This document shows, piece after piece, positions 47,681-57,460 of a stretch of 64,000 nt of DNA. This DNA is from Oikopleura dioica. Lineage: Eukaryota > Animalia > Chordata. The first letter of the stretch is position 1. Every line of letters begins with the position of its first letter. The position numbers and the translations under genes were made by a program. The notes below the pieces were generated by a model. That model did no database searches, was not told the DNA's origin, and was given only the letters and a program-made list of their open reading frames with translations. The stretch spans positions 16,317,208-16,381,207 of the forward strand of contig OU015568.1 in NCBI GenBank assembly GCA_907165135.1. Direction: 5' to 3'.

Positions 47681-48772
47681 AAGGAGAAAATTGAAGAAGC
47701 TTCAACAATCCCCGCATGGTCTTTTTCTCTCTCTCGTTTTGGAAAACAACCAGTCTTGCGGTGAGAAACGGGCGGTATTTCTCTCAGACGTCAAAGTCGA
47801 TCTCGTGAGTTTGGCTTATTCCGCCGCCGACTCGATAAACTCGAAATAAATCGATAAAAAGTGGATGCCACCAGCCTGGCAAGGAATTTAATCAGCTAAT
47901 TCTCAACCTCTTCTTTATTCCGCCATTTGACAAATGGCCTCGGCGCGCTCACTCGCCGGAGGGCCCGATTTTTTTTTTTCTGACAGGGCTCAGCGATGCG
48001 CTAATGAATTTTCGATGTGGGAAGTCGAAAAAACGGGCAAACTTCGCCGCGGGGCGGTTGAGAGACGCCCGGAAGACGCGTGCCCGGGAGGAATCATCTG
48101 GGAAATATACGGACCTGTTGTGGAAACGAGAGAGAGAGAAGGGGGGACCATCGAAACCGCAGCTGGGAAATGGGATTGTTGGAACAGTGGGTTTTCATGA
48201 CCTTTGGTAAAATGGTCAACTGGGAATTCAATGACTTGTGAGTTCAATTTTATTAATAAAAATTCAAATATACAACCCTAGATTGTCTATAAAATGACAA
48301 AATAAGCAATCTTGGGTCCTATATTTGATTTCTTATCAACAATATTGAAATCTTACCCTAACCCAATTAGGGGCCCCTAAACTCAAAGTTAGGGTTAGGG
48401 TTAAGGGGCCCTAACCCAAACCCAAACCCCTAATAGGGGGATCCTAACCTAGTGCTGGATTTTTTTTTCGGTAGACCGTCTGGTACTTACTGTGAGTCCA
48501 TGACAAGCTCGTCCAGTCTATCCATCGCTTGCTTAGACTTTTCTTCCTGGTGAATAAGTTCTCTTTGTTTCCGGTCGCATTCGTAGCAGCTCTGCTGTTT
48601 TTCGAGGATCAGAATCGATTAAAAATTCTATTCTCTACTTCTCATTTCAAGTTTTGCCGAAAGAAAAAAAGATCGGTTGAGCAAAGAAGAAAAAAAAAAT
48701 CGATACTTTTTTTCTAAACACTTTAGATTCTTTTGAGACTCTCAAAAATGGAAGAATGATAATCCTCCGCGG

Positions 48773-49028
48773 AGGTCAGCGAAAGGTCAACCGGAGCGAT
48801 TGGACATTGTTACGGCCGAAAACCTGACACTCTCTGACTCCGTAAACGCCATTCAAGAGATGATTCTCCCATGAGAGGCGCTTTTATTTTATGAAACGAG
48901 CCGCTTAGTACCGAATCCCATTATTGAGCGTTTGATCCTGCTCGGAAGTCTCAATATTCACTTCCGAGCTTGTCAGAATCGGACGTTTCATATGGCCACT
49001 ATCGCATGATAGGGTCACTGCAAGGTCA
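48773..49028 (+). promoter_or_regulatory. Two DR5-spaced nuclear receptor direct repeats
   Basis: AGGTCA-GCGAA-AGGTCA (48773-48789) and GGGTCA-CTGCA-AGGTCA (49012-49028). The sequence match is direct; function is inferred. Confidence 0.4.
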
Positions 49029-49084
49029 ATTTAAAGTCTGATCAACGTCAATTACAGTTTGCTGATTAAGAATTCCAGCTCCGA

Positions 49085-49345
49085 TTTGGGCTCGGCAATA
49101 AATGTGGAAAACCTGAGTCAGGGTCTGAATAATCTTAAATGAAAGCCGCGTAGCGGCTTTTTCAAAAATCAAGCCGCGAAGCGGCTTTCTATCATTACCT
49201 CTCCAATCTTTTAAATATAGGGTATTGAATAGATTAAAAAGGAAATGATGGAAAGCCGCTTCGCGGCTACTTCTTTGGAAAAGCCGCTACGCGGCTTTCA
49301 TCAAAGATTACTTAGACCCTGACTCAGGTTTTCTACACAGATCTT
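49085..49345. mobile_element. MITE family A copy with four internal AAGCCGC..GCGGCT palindromes
   Basis: TTGGGCTCGGCAATAAATGTGGAAAACCTGAGTCAGGGTCTG ... AGACCCTGACTCAGGTTTTCTACACAG. Confidence 0.8.
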
Positions 49346-49963
49346 TTGACCCCTCTAAAAGTCGAAAATTACATTTATTAGTTAGATAAACTATCCGTTT
49401 TCCAACTTCCGGCAGGCGGGCGGATAATTTGGCGCCAAAGTTATGACGAACATAAAGTTTTTACGCTCACGTAATTGAATTCTCCCACGAGTAAGGTTAC
49501 GCAAGTCAAACTCGCGCAAAAGTAACTCTTTCTCTTGACCGCAAACAGTAGAAAATCATTAGGCAAAGTTCAATCCTCTCATAATTTTGCTTTTGCGGTA
49601 AGTCATAAGAGCTCGAGTTATTCCCCATAACTTCGCCGTTGAGTTTGTCTCTTGAAGGTCACAATTCCAGAATTTCTCGAAGAAAAAAGTGCGAAATTCA
49701 AGGAAAAAATCGCTCAAAATTTAGTCAGCTCTTTCTCTTTTTGCCAAATCATCGCCGATCCGTCCGCTCGCGCAGAAGTCAACAAAGGAGCCGAAGTGAT
49801 TGATTGGGGAAATTTTTAACGAGGGAATTTTTAATAGCGAAATCCCCACCTAAAGATCAGTGACCTTGGCAACAGAGCTCAAGGTCAATGCTACGCTTTT
49901 GTTACGCCGCTATTTTGGATTCAAAGATTCATGAGTGCAGAATTGATGATGTTTTTGAGACAT

Positions 49964-50258
49964 CAAACAATCGAAGTTCGTGAGCTCTAAATTGACAATA
50001 AATACTGTTGCAATTTTCGACTGGGCTTGAAAACCTGTGTAAAGACCTGAGTCAGAGTCTGAGTATTATCTTTTCAATCAATTTTCAAATTCTAGCGAAG
50101 TCGCTTTGCGGCTTCTTTCTCAAAAAAGCCGCTAGGTGGCTTCTCATTAACGATCTTTCAGACCCTGACTCAGGTTTTCTACACAGGTTGTCGAGCACAA
50201 TCCGAAAATTGCAACAGGATTTATTGACAATTTAGAGCTCACGAACTTCGATTGTTTG
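49964..50258. mobile_element. Nested palindrome: MITE family A (about 50022-50198) inside ~55-bp outer inverted repeats
   Basis: CAAACAATCGAAGTTCGTGAGCTCTAAATTGACAATAAAT.. is mirrored by ..ATTTATTGACAATTTAGAGCTCACGAACTTCGATTGTTTG. Confidence 0.75.
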
Positions 50259-50518
50259 TTTTCGTTAAGATTTGTAAGCCCACACCTCCTTTCTGTCAGA
50301 AAATGACATTGAACGGCCACATTTTGCGTAAAAGCAGTGTTTGAATCATTCGAAAATCGAAGTACAGAACTAGCGGGGCTCTGAATCGCCATGCGCACGA
50401 GGTGATTTACATGTTCCGTTGTTTCCGGTTGGCTTTTGGCCATCTGCTCAGACTATTGTCCCCGCTTTTGAGGAAGCCAGTAGAATATAAAGTAATCTTG
50501 TTTAATGCTAAAGATAAC

Positions 50519-50682
50519 GTAAACAATTTATAAACAAATATAAATAAATATAAATAAACATAAATATAAATAAACATAAATAAACATAAATAAACATAAA
50601 TATAAATAAACATAAATAAACATAAAGATAAATAAACATATGTAAACAGTCAATAAACGAAAACAAACAAAAAATAAACATT
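50519..50682. repeat. AT-rich tandem array of ATAAACATAA/ATAAAT units
   Basis: Direct reading; about 10 (A/G)TAAACA words. Confidence 0.9.
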
Positions 50683-51295
50683 TGGTTCGGTGCGCGAATG
50701 GTGTAAAACGAACCATTATAGACTAGTGTCATCACAACAGCGTGACACCAATCGCTCAGTAGAACCATGCGTCTTACGCCCTCTTTGGTGAGACTTATGT
50801 AATAAAAACCCGCTAGGGTTTGCGATTTTACCAAGTCAGAAAAAGCGATTTTTTAAAATGAGTCTGGAACGCAGATAAGAAAAATGAAAAGAATAGCCAA
50901 TAGTGAGCTTGTTGAATTCTAACAAATGAATATGTACTTTTTATAAAATGATGCTCGAAAACGAACTGGAAAAACAACAAAAGGAAAGAGATCTTACCTT
51001 TATTCATATCTTTCTGTCATCTTTAAACAAATAAAAAAAAATCGGAAATTATATCTGTCTCTAAATATTTATCAGCATATGGAAAACTTGAATGAGACAA
51101 TCTCTTTGAACCGAACTCCGTAATCTTCTTTGACCAGGGTTTCGCTAATCTCTTTGAACCAGAATTTTTGTGGTTGATGCATATGATTTATTTACGATAA
51201 AGATTTCCAATTTGTAATCATAGACAATCTTTGAACCAGCTTTTCCGAAAGTAAATAAAAGCAGCGATCAACACTTAAAATAAGTCAAAAATAAA

Positions 51296-52438
51296 ATGAG
51301 TACAGTGATCAGTGGTGAGATTCTTCCCGAGAGACTTTTTGCGTATCCGTTCCGGATTCTTTTAAGCGGCTCGTCTGGGGCTGGAAAAACTTTTGCCGCA
51401 AAACAAATTCTTCTCCGGAGAGATTTATTCCAAAAGAAAACAAAAAGAGTTATTTACTATTATCCATGCTTCTTAGAAGAGAAGCCAGTTGACTGGGAGG
51501 ATCTTACAATACCAGTGAGTTACAGAGTTGGTCTTCCGTCGCAAGATGAAATAGATTCGATGAGTCCTCATACTACTATTGTATTGGATGATCTTTATGA
51601 AGAAGCAATCCAAAGTCAAGCCATCGACCACCTTTTCCGAGTAACGAGTGGGAAAAGAATGTTGAATGTGATGATCATGACACAGAACAATTTCGCATCT
51701 GGAAAGTTTGGTCGAAATATCAGGCTAAATTGCAATGGAATATTTCTCCATAGAAATGCACTTGACAGTTCTATCAATAAAAGAATTTGCGCGCAAGCTG
51801 GACTTCAGAAAGCTTTCAAACGTGCTTCAGAAGACATTAAAGCCTTACAGTATCCGTATATGTTTCTTGACCAGTCGCCGCGGGCCTACGCCTGCAGCTA
51901 TCGGCTTTATACGGATATATTTGCTTGTTATCCAATCGTTTACTCAGTCAACGGAATGAAGGCTTTCATTGTGAGCTCTAACGATTTTAAACAGAATTTC
52001 GACATAATTGAAAAAGGAAACACCTACGAAGCCACTGAGAAAAATGAAGACAAGAGGAACACGGCGTGCAAAACAGTCGAAGTCTCGAGAGTCAGAGCAA
52101 AAGAAAGATGTGACAGCTTTACAGACGACTCGTCAGAGTCAGAGATTGAGAGAAAAAAATCAAAGTCGAAACGTAGAAGAGACAAACGATCACGATCAAG
52201 AAACAAGAAAAAATCAAGAGTCAAGAAAACGAAAAAACAAAAGCGAAGAAGACAGTCAACCTCCTCGGAAAGCGATCCAACAACAGAAAGCTCAATCACC
52301 GAAGAATCCACCTCTCAAGGATCAGAAATCACCGAAGAATCAGAGCTCACTGGAGGATCAGATTCAAGCCCTCTACGAAAACGTAGCAAGTGCTCCAGCC
52401 TTCTCAGCGAAAGTAGCGGAGTATCTCCGGAAGAATAA
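51296..52438 (+). CDS. Maverick DNA-packaging ATPase with a basic, then Ser/Glu-rich, C-terminal extension
   Basis: Walker A GSSGAGKT, Walker B TIVLDDL and motif IMTQNN. Confidence 0.9.
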   Translation: MSTVISGEILPERLFAYPFRILLSGSSGAGKTFAAKQILLRRDLFQKKTKRVIYYYPCFLEEKPVDWEDLTIPVSYRVGLPSQDEIDSMSPHTTIVLDDLYEEAIQSQAIDHLFRVTSGKRMLNVMIMTQNNFASGKFGRNIRLNCNGIFLHRNALDSSINKRICAQAGLQKAFKRASEDIKALQYPYMFLDQSPRAYACSYRLYTDIFACYPIVYSVNGMKAFIVSSNDFKQNFDIIEKGNTYEATEKNEDKRNTACKTVEVSRVRAKERCDSFTDDSSESEIERKKSKSKRRRDKRSRSRNKKKSRVKKTKKQKRRRQSTSSESDPTTESSITEESTSQGSEITEESELTGGSDSSPLRKRSKCSSLLSESSGVSPEE

Positions 52439-53276
52439 AATTCATAGCACCCATCGAAGAATCGTTAAAAAGCGATTTCCTCGAAGAAGAATTATCGTCG
52501 ACACAAAGTTTAAAATCTTCATGGGTGATCTCATAGTCTATAAAGGCTACAAATTTTCCAATCGTCACAATGTCTACATTCTTCTTATAATCGACTGTTT
52601 TTCTCGCTTTGTCTGGACACGACCTCTAAAAACTAAAGGAAAAATTGATGTTGCAAATGCTCTCAATGATATATTTCAAGATTTACCTGAATGGCCCAAT
52701 TCTCTGATAACTGACGAAGGCTTAGAGTTCTACAACTCTAATGTGAAAAAGATTCTTGATCGTTATGGACTCCATCATTACAGTATCAAAACAAAGATGA
52801 AAGCAAGCATAGCGGAGCGTGCAATCCAAACCATAAAGAAAAGACTTCAGCTTTATATGAAGACCAACAAAACAAAAAATTGGATAGATGCGCTGCCTCA
52901 AATTATCAAAGGATATAACTCTACACCACACCGCTCGATTGGAATGGCGCCTAGCCAAGTGACGCAAGAAAACAGAGCACGGGTCTTCGCTAACCTCTAT
53001 CCAGATATCGACTTGAAAGTGAAACCAAGGCTCAAAATTGGAAACGTTGTTCGAAAGAAAATTAAAAAAGACATATTTGAGAAGGGTTATACGGAAAATT
53101 GGTCTGAAGAGATTTACGTCGTTGCAGATATTCGCCAGCGTGCTGGAATCGTTTGGTACAAAATCGCCGACGAAGAAGGCAAACGTCAGCCGGGTATCAA
53201 ATATTACTTTGAGTTGAATTATGTCTGCGAAGATATTGAATCTCTACGGGACAAAAAAAGAGTTGAAAGTGCCTGA
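52044..53276 (+). CDS. Maverick retroviral-type (rve) DDE integrase
   Basis: FMGDL, YILLIIDCFSRFVWTRPLKTK, LITDEGLEF, KASIAERAIQTIK, WIDALPQIIKGYNSTPHRSIGMAP and FEKGYTENWSEEIY. Confidence 0.95.
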   Translation: MKTRGTRRAKQSKSRESEQKKDVTALQTTRQSQRLREKNQSRNVEETNDHDQETRKNQESRKRKNKSEEDSQPPRKAIQQQKAQSPKNPPLKDQKSPKNQSSLEDQIQALYENVASAPAFSAKVAEYLRKNKIHSTHRRIVKKRFPRRRIIVDTKFKIFMGDLIVYKGYKFSNRHNVYILLIIDCFSRFVWTRPLKTKGKIDVANALNDIFQDLPEWPNSLITDEGLEFYNSNVKKILDRYGLHHYSIKTKMKASIAERAIQTIKKRLQLYMKTNKTKNWIDALPQIIKGYNSTPHRSIGMAPSQVTQENRARVFANLYPDIDLKVKPRLKIGNVVRKKIKKDIFEKGYTENWSEEIYVVADIRQRAGIVWYKIADEEGKRQPGIKYYFELNYVCEDIESLRDKKRVESA

Positions 53277-53598
53277 AATCTTCTTTGATAAAAACACCGA
53301 CTATTGTGTTCAAATTATTGACATTGGTTGCAATCTCATGACAACACCTAGAGACTTTGACGCTGTTTTCATAAAATGTACATCAATCGCTTCTTGCTAT
53401 GGACTTCCGAATATACTCATGATTGGTCAAATACGCAAAGGCGATAGGTGGTGTCATTTCCCAGATCAACGCTCCCCTCTTTGCTTCCCGATAAACATAT
53501 ATAACTGGAGGGAAACAAAATTTTCAATTGAGATCGAAGATCCAGCGAACCTTGTTCAGCAATTTTGGATTCAAATCCTGATTAAACCGAGAGAATGA
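53221..53598 (+). CDS. 125-aa beta-rich protein; possible minor capsid (penton-like) protein
   Basis: ORF lies in the capsid module, with alternating hydrophobic strands and C-terminal FWIQILIKP. The assignment is inference only. Confidence 0.4.
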   Translation: MSAKILNLYGTKKELKVPEIFFDKNTDYCVQIIDIGCNLMTTPRDFDAVFIKCTSIASCYGLPNILMIGQIRKGDRWCHFPDQRSPLCFPINIYNWRETKFSIEIEDPANLVQQFWIQILIKPRE

Positions 53599-53810
53599 AA
53601 ACGATTATGACAAGCTTGGAAAATAAACCGCGAAAATGGTTCCCCAAATCTCAAACCGGTGCAGGCAAACGAAAATCAAAAAACGGTCCAACAAAGTTAA
53701 AACTCGCTCCCCCGAGAAATCCACAATCAAAAAAAGGAAAGAAAAAACGAAATACTACAACAAAAGATTTGAAAAAGTCAAAGAAATCGTCGAAAAAGAA
53801 AAAGGCATGA
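53595..53810 (+). CDS. 71-aa Lys-rich basic protein (candidate DNA-condensing core protein)
   Basis: KKGKKKRNTTTKDLKKSKKSSKKKKA; starts and ends in ATGA overlaps with its neighbours. Confidence 0.55.
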   Translation: MKTIMTSLENKPRKWFPKSQTGAGKRKSKNGPTKLKLAPPRNPQSKKGKKKRNTTTKDLKKSKKSSKKKKA

Positions 53811-54226
53811 AGACATATATTATCGTCAAGCGATTGGAACGAATTTATAATTTTTACGGTGTTTTTGCAATTGATACTTTACCTCGTCTTACAAATTATC
53901 CTGTTTTTCTTGTTGTAAATTTATCGCCAGAAAACTCTTATGGATCACACTGGATAGCATTACATATTTTTCAAGATAAAATAGAAATTTTTGATAGCTT
54001 GCGCATTAAAAAATATCCAAGGCAACTGACAGACTTTTTTGGCGATAGAGAAAAAATCTATTTTCAACGTGTGCAGTCAAACTCATCTTTTTTCTGCGGA
54101 CTCTATGTCTGTTTTTTCGTCATTTACCGTTCTCTCTATTCTTTTAAATCTTTACAAACGATATTCTCTAAAAATCTGTCTCAAAATGATAAAATGCTGA
54201 TAGACAGACTGTCTGAAATTTGGTGA
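53807..54226 (+). CDS. Adenain-like (C5) cysteine maturation protease
   Basis: GSHWIAL (His), EIFDS (Asp) and VQSNSSFFCGLYVC (Gln, Cys). Start placed at the ATG overlapping the upstream stop. Confidence 0.9.
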   Translation: MKTYIIVKRLERIYNFYGVFAIDTLPRLTNYPVFLVVNLSPENSYGSHWIALHIFQDKIEIFDSLRIKKYPRQLTDFFGDREKIYFQRVQSNSSFFCGLYVCFFVIYRSLYSFKSLQTIFSKNLSQNDKMLIDRLSEIW

Positions 54227-54275
54227 ATAAATGGTGATAGAAAATATTAAACATAACTCTTTTCAGATTGAAATA

Positions 54276-55578
54276 ATGTCCGAAGTCGAATATTACGACC
54301 AGAAGGTTGTCAAACGACATTATCCAAGGGAACAAGAATCACAAACAGGACGTCTCTGTTTTCAGTTTGATGCAGATCCAAACCTTATGCTCGTGAAAAA
54401 TAAAATTGCCATTCATATAACAATCGAATTGAAAAAAGGCTATATACCATCTAACGGATTTGCAAGCAAACAATTTGGAAAAACTGAAGTCGCTGTCAAC
54501 TCCCAAATCATAGACAGTTCCAACTCAAAGTATATAAAAGAAAGCTTCACTAGTATTATCGAATTTTTAGCTCGCACTATTTTATGGCTGATTATTTGAC
54601 GAAGCGGACAAACTTCGACCCCTTGTACGTTGCAACCGGATTCCAGATAGAAGGATACTATGATGAGTATCACTATGAAACAATACAGGATGAAACCTCG
54701 AAGGAAACTATTCGAACTGGTCGGAGACCTCAGTGCTTTGTCAATGAAGCTGGAAACTATGTTTACGAACTTATTTTCCTGCCTACTCATGGATTCTTCC
54801 TTGAAAATAAGCCACTACCTCTCAACACAGATCTTTCAATCTCATTCTATCGTCTGAAGCACGAATTTTCAACAATATTCCATGGAACTGAGTTTCAAGA
54901 AAAGTATTCACCGGGGGAAGTACTCAAGATCACTGACGCCTATGCACTCGCTGAATATGTCTCATCACCAAGTCTGCGTAATTACTTTTCAAGAATCCGT
55001 TCGAAACCGATCTCCTACAAATTCAACGACACTATGATCACAACTTTGACTCTTCCTAAAGGAAGAAAACATGTCCTTTTGCATAACGCGCTTGGTGGAA
55101 ATACACCAGCATATATTTTCTTTGGCCTTATTGACACTAAAGCTCTGGAAGGAGATGACTCGATGGAATCGACAAATTTCTCATTCAATCCAGATTTGAT
55201 CTCAGTCAATGCGATGCTTAATGGACAATCGCTAAATGGATATCCTCAGGTGAATGAAAATATCGATTATCATAGGGCTCTATTTTTTTTTAGAAAGTAA
55301 CAAATCAGTATCCGATTCTATCGTATTGGAAATATCAAGACGCTCTTGGTCGAATCGCTCAGAGTGATCTTTCCTATGTGCTTTCAATGGAAAACTACAA
55401 AAGCAACACAATTTTCGGACATGAATTCGAGGGAGAAGAAGTTTCTCAAGGCTGGCTCTCATTCTCATTCGATTTCAAAGAAGATCTGACCAAAGACCTC
55501 TCAATTGTCATTTGGTCAATTGTGTCTGTTAAGCTTACGATAGATGAGCATAAACAAGTCGAAAAAACTCTTCTTTGA
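54276..55578 (+). CDS. Maverick major capsid protein (double jelly-roll type), 3 exons, about 405 aa
   Basis: Introns 54530-54570 (41 nt) and 55250-55293 (44 nt), both GT..TTTTAG, join three ORFs in frame. Motifs VAVNSQII..SHYFMADYL, TPAYIFFGLID and AMLNGQSLNGYP. Position beside the protease fits a capsid gene; the fold is inferred. Confidence 0.75.
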
Positions 55579-55699
55579 TTATATGCCAAGGTAAATAAAC
55601 ATAAATACACAGGGTGATAAAAAATGCACTGAATAACCAGCGCTTTAGGACTTCTTGTCTTCAAGTTGACACTTTCCCATTATAAAAAAAAAAGAAAAA

Positions 55700-56026
55700 A
55701 TGCTTGTGACAATCAAAACTTTCACTTTTCGATCCTTTAAAAATGGAGGCTTCTTCAAAGTAAAAGGAACCTACTTACCAGCACACGAGACTGTCAATGA
55801 CCCGTCACAACCTCCAGAGGAAATCAGCTTACAGAAATTTACAATCAATCATAAAGCCACAACTGATTCTTTTGCCACTCTTCTTGCTCATGCTGAAAAC
55901 CAATGTCCAGTCGATGTTATTCTCGTCTCAGACGCAAAGCAAACCGCCTGGGAGAAAGAGAAGAACATCCCTCCATCCTTTGCATTCAAATTCAACGATG
56001 AATTGTTCCAGAAAAAGAACGAGTGA
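55700..56026 (+). CDS. Hypothetical 108-aa Maverick protein
   Basis: ATG-initiated ORF inside the element; no recognisable motif. Confidence 0.45.
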   Translation: MLVTIKTFTFRSFKNGGFFKVKGTYLPAHETVNDPSQPPEEISLQKFTINHKATTDSFATLLAHAENQCPVDVILVSDAKQTAWEKEKNIPPSFAFKFNDELFQKKNE

Positions 56027-56429
56027 AATACTCCTCTGTTCTCCAACTCTGTTTTCATTTTCTAAGTTTCGTTCCCCTGTCATTTTTCTCTATGTTTCCT
56101 TTCTCCTTCTTTTCTGAATTACCTCAATTCGACTTTTTTAAATTACTCGAGTAATAAATTCAAATGGTGCAAAATAATCGTGTTTGTCTATCGAAATATT
56201 GAAAGAATAAAAGTTTTCATGGTAATTACTCTTTTATTAAAATTTGAGAGCATCAGCAACCCTGTCTATGGATGAGCGGTCATCCGTGATCAGAAAGAAA
56301 AACAAAAGCATCTTTATTTCTTGCGCTTAATCTGCTTGCTCAACCTTTTAATTTATGCAGATAAGGCAGTAAAGAGCAATTTTTTTCGGACTTGTCGAAA
56401 AATCACTCTATTTCATTCGCAAATCAAAA

Positions 56430-56729
56430 ATGTTACTTTTTGCACTCGAATCTTACACTTTTCATTCCCAACCAACAGGCGGAGGACTATTCAAGCTCAA
56501 CGGGTTCTACGTCGACACAACACAGAAGTGCTACAAGTCAATACCGATCACTCTCTTGGTAAACTTCGGAGAATCTGCGCTGCGAATGGAATACGTTTTC
56601 GGATCCCTTCGAGTTCGAATGATGAAAAAAGAGCCCTTCCCAATCAAATTGATAAAAGGACCGATGATCAACCGACATAACCTCAACGAACCTCCAGCTT
56701 ACTTCTTTGAATTCTGCGATTCTGATTAA
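56430..56729 (+). CDS. Hypothetical 99-aa Maverick protein
   Basis: ATG-initiated beta-rich ORF inside the element. Confidence 0.45.
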   Translation: MLLFALESYTFHSQPTGGGLFKLNGFYVDTTQKCYKSIPITLLVNFGESALRMEYVFGSLRVRMMKKEPFPIKLIKGPMINRHNLNEPPAYFFEFCDSD

Positions 56730-56835
56730 AATTGATCGTGGTTAGAAGATAACCTGAAATCAGAAATTTCTTCTTTCCATTCAACATGTGACTGTTTCTG
56801 CAATTTTGCACAATATATTCGGTATCAATCAGAAT

Positions 56836-57381
56836 TTATTTCAATTTTGTCACGTAAATTGAACATGTCAGTAATTTGGTAACATTGAAGCCGCTCTTTC
56901 GAAAATTGCTCTGGTTCTGGTGAGCTCGTTCGGTCAGAGAGGGTATATCTTCCCATCTGGGGATGTTTTGGAGAAACTTTTTCTTCGAAGAATTGTCCTT
57001 GATCAAAAAGGGTTCGATCGGTAGCGCGGTAGACCTTTGAGACCAGCAAAATCTGTAGCGATCGTTGACATTTTCTGTGAGCACACTTTCAAGCAGCAGA
57101 CTAAAATCAACAGAACATCGAAAAGGTGGTGAGATTGCTTCGAATAAATCGTCTACGAGATTGTAAAGATTGAAATTCTTATTGATAAGGAGGCGGATGT
57201 GAGCATTCTCAACAACTCGTCCTGGTTTAGGCGGTGGGATGATTACTCTGTTTTGCAGTTGGTCTAATCTTTCTGTCTCCTTGAAGAATTCAAGCTCGGT
57301 TTTCGATAATGGCATGTAGGTTCCTCCATATTCTTTTCGGAGGACTTCTAAGTCTTCGCGCTCTGATTGATAAAAAGGCAT
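56836..57381 (-). CDS. Hypothetical ~180-aa Maverick protein downstream of PolB
   Basis: Uninterrupted ORF with probable start MPFYQ. The C-terminal KSGFNVTKLLTCSIYVTK loosely resembles Polinton/bidnavirus PolB-associated domains (weak inference). Confidence 0.55.
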   Translation of the reverse strand: MPFYQSEREDLEVLRKEYGGTYMPLSKTELEFFKETERLDQLQNRVIIPPPKPGRVVENAHIRLLINKNFNLYNLVDDLFEAISPPFRCSVDFSLLLESVLTENVNDRYRFCWSQRSTALPIEPFLIKDNSSKKKFLQNIPRWEDIPSLTERAHQNQSNFRKSGFNVTKLLTCSIYVTKLK

Positions 57382-57460
57382 GCAAAAAAAAATAATCAAA
57401 CTGGTTTATAAAGAGAGCAAATGTTTATTCAATTGGAAAGAAGGTAGTCAAGCATCGAGT

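Noticed and set aside
2123-50258. CRISPR-like or REP-like interpretation of the recurring palindromes
   Set aside because: Copies are dispersed with inverted arms, there is no regular repeat-spacer period and no cas genes, and the context is eukaryotic.
50407-50834. Hydrophobic FIYVYLCL-repeat ORFs
   Set aside because: Translation of the AT-rich tandem array.
53636-53806. Lys-rich N-terminal extension on the protease, as in the ORF track
   Set aside because: Better explained as the shadow of the overlapping basic ORF. Protease-like sequence begins at ATG 53807, though the longer start cannot be fully excluded.
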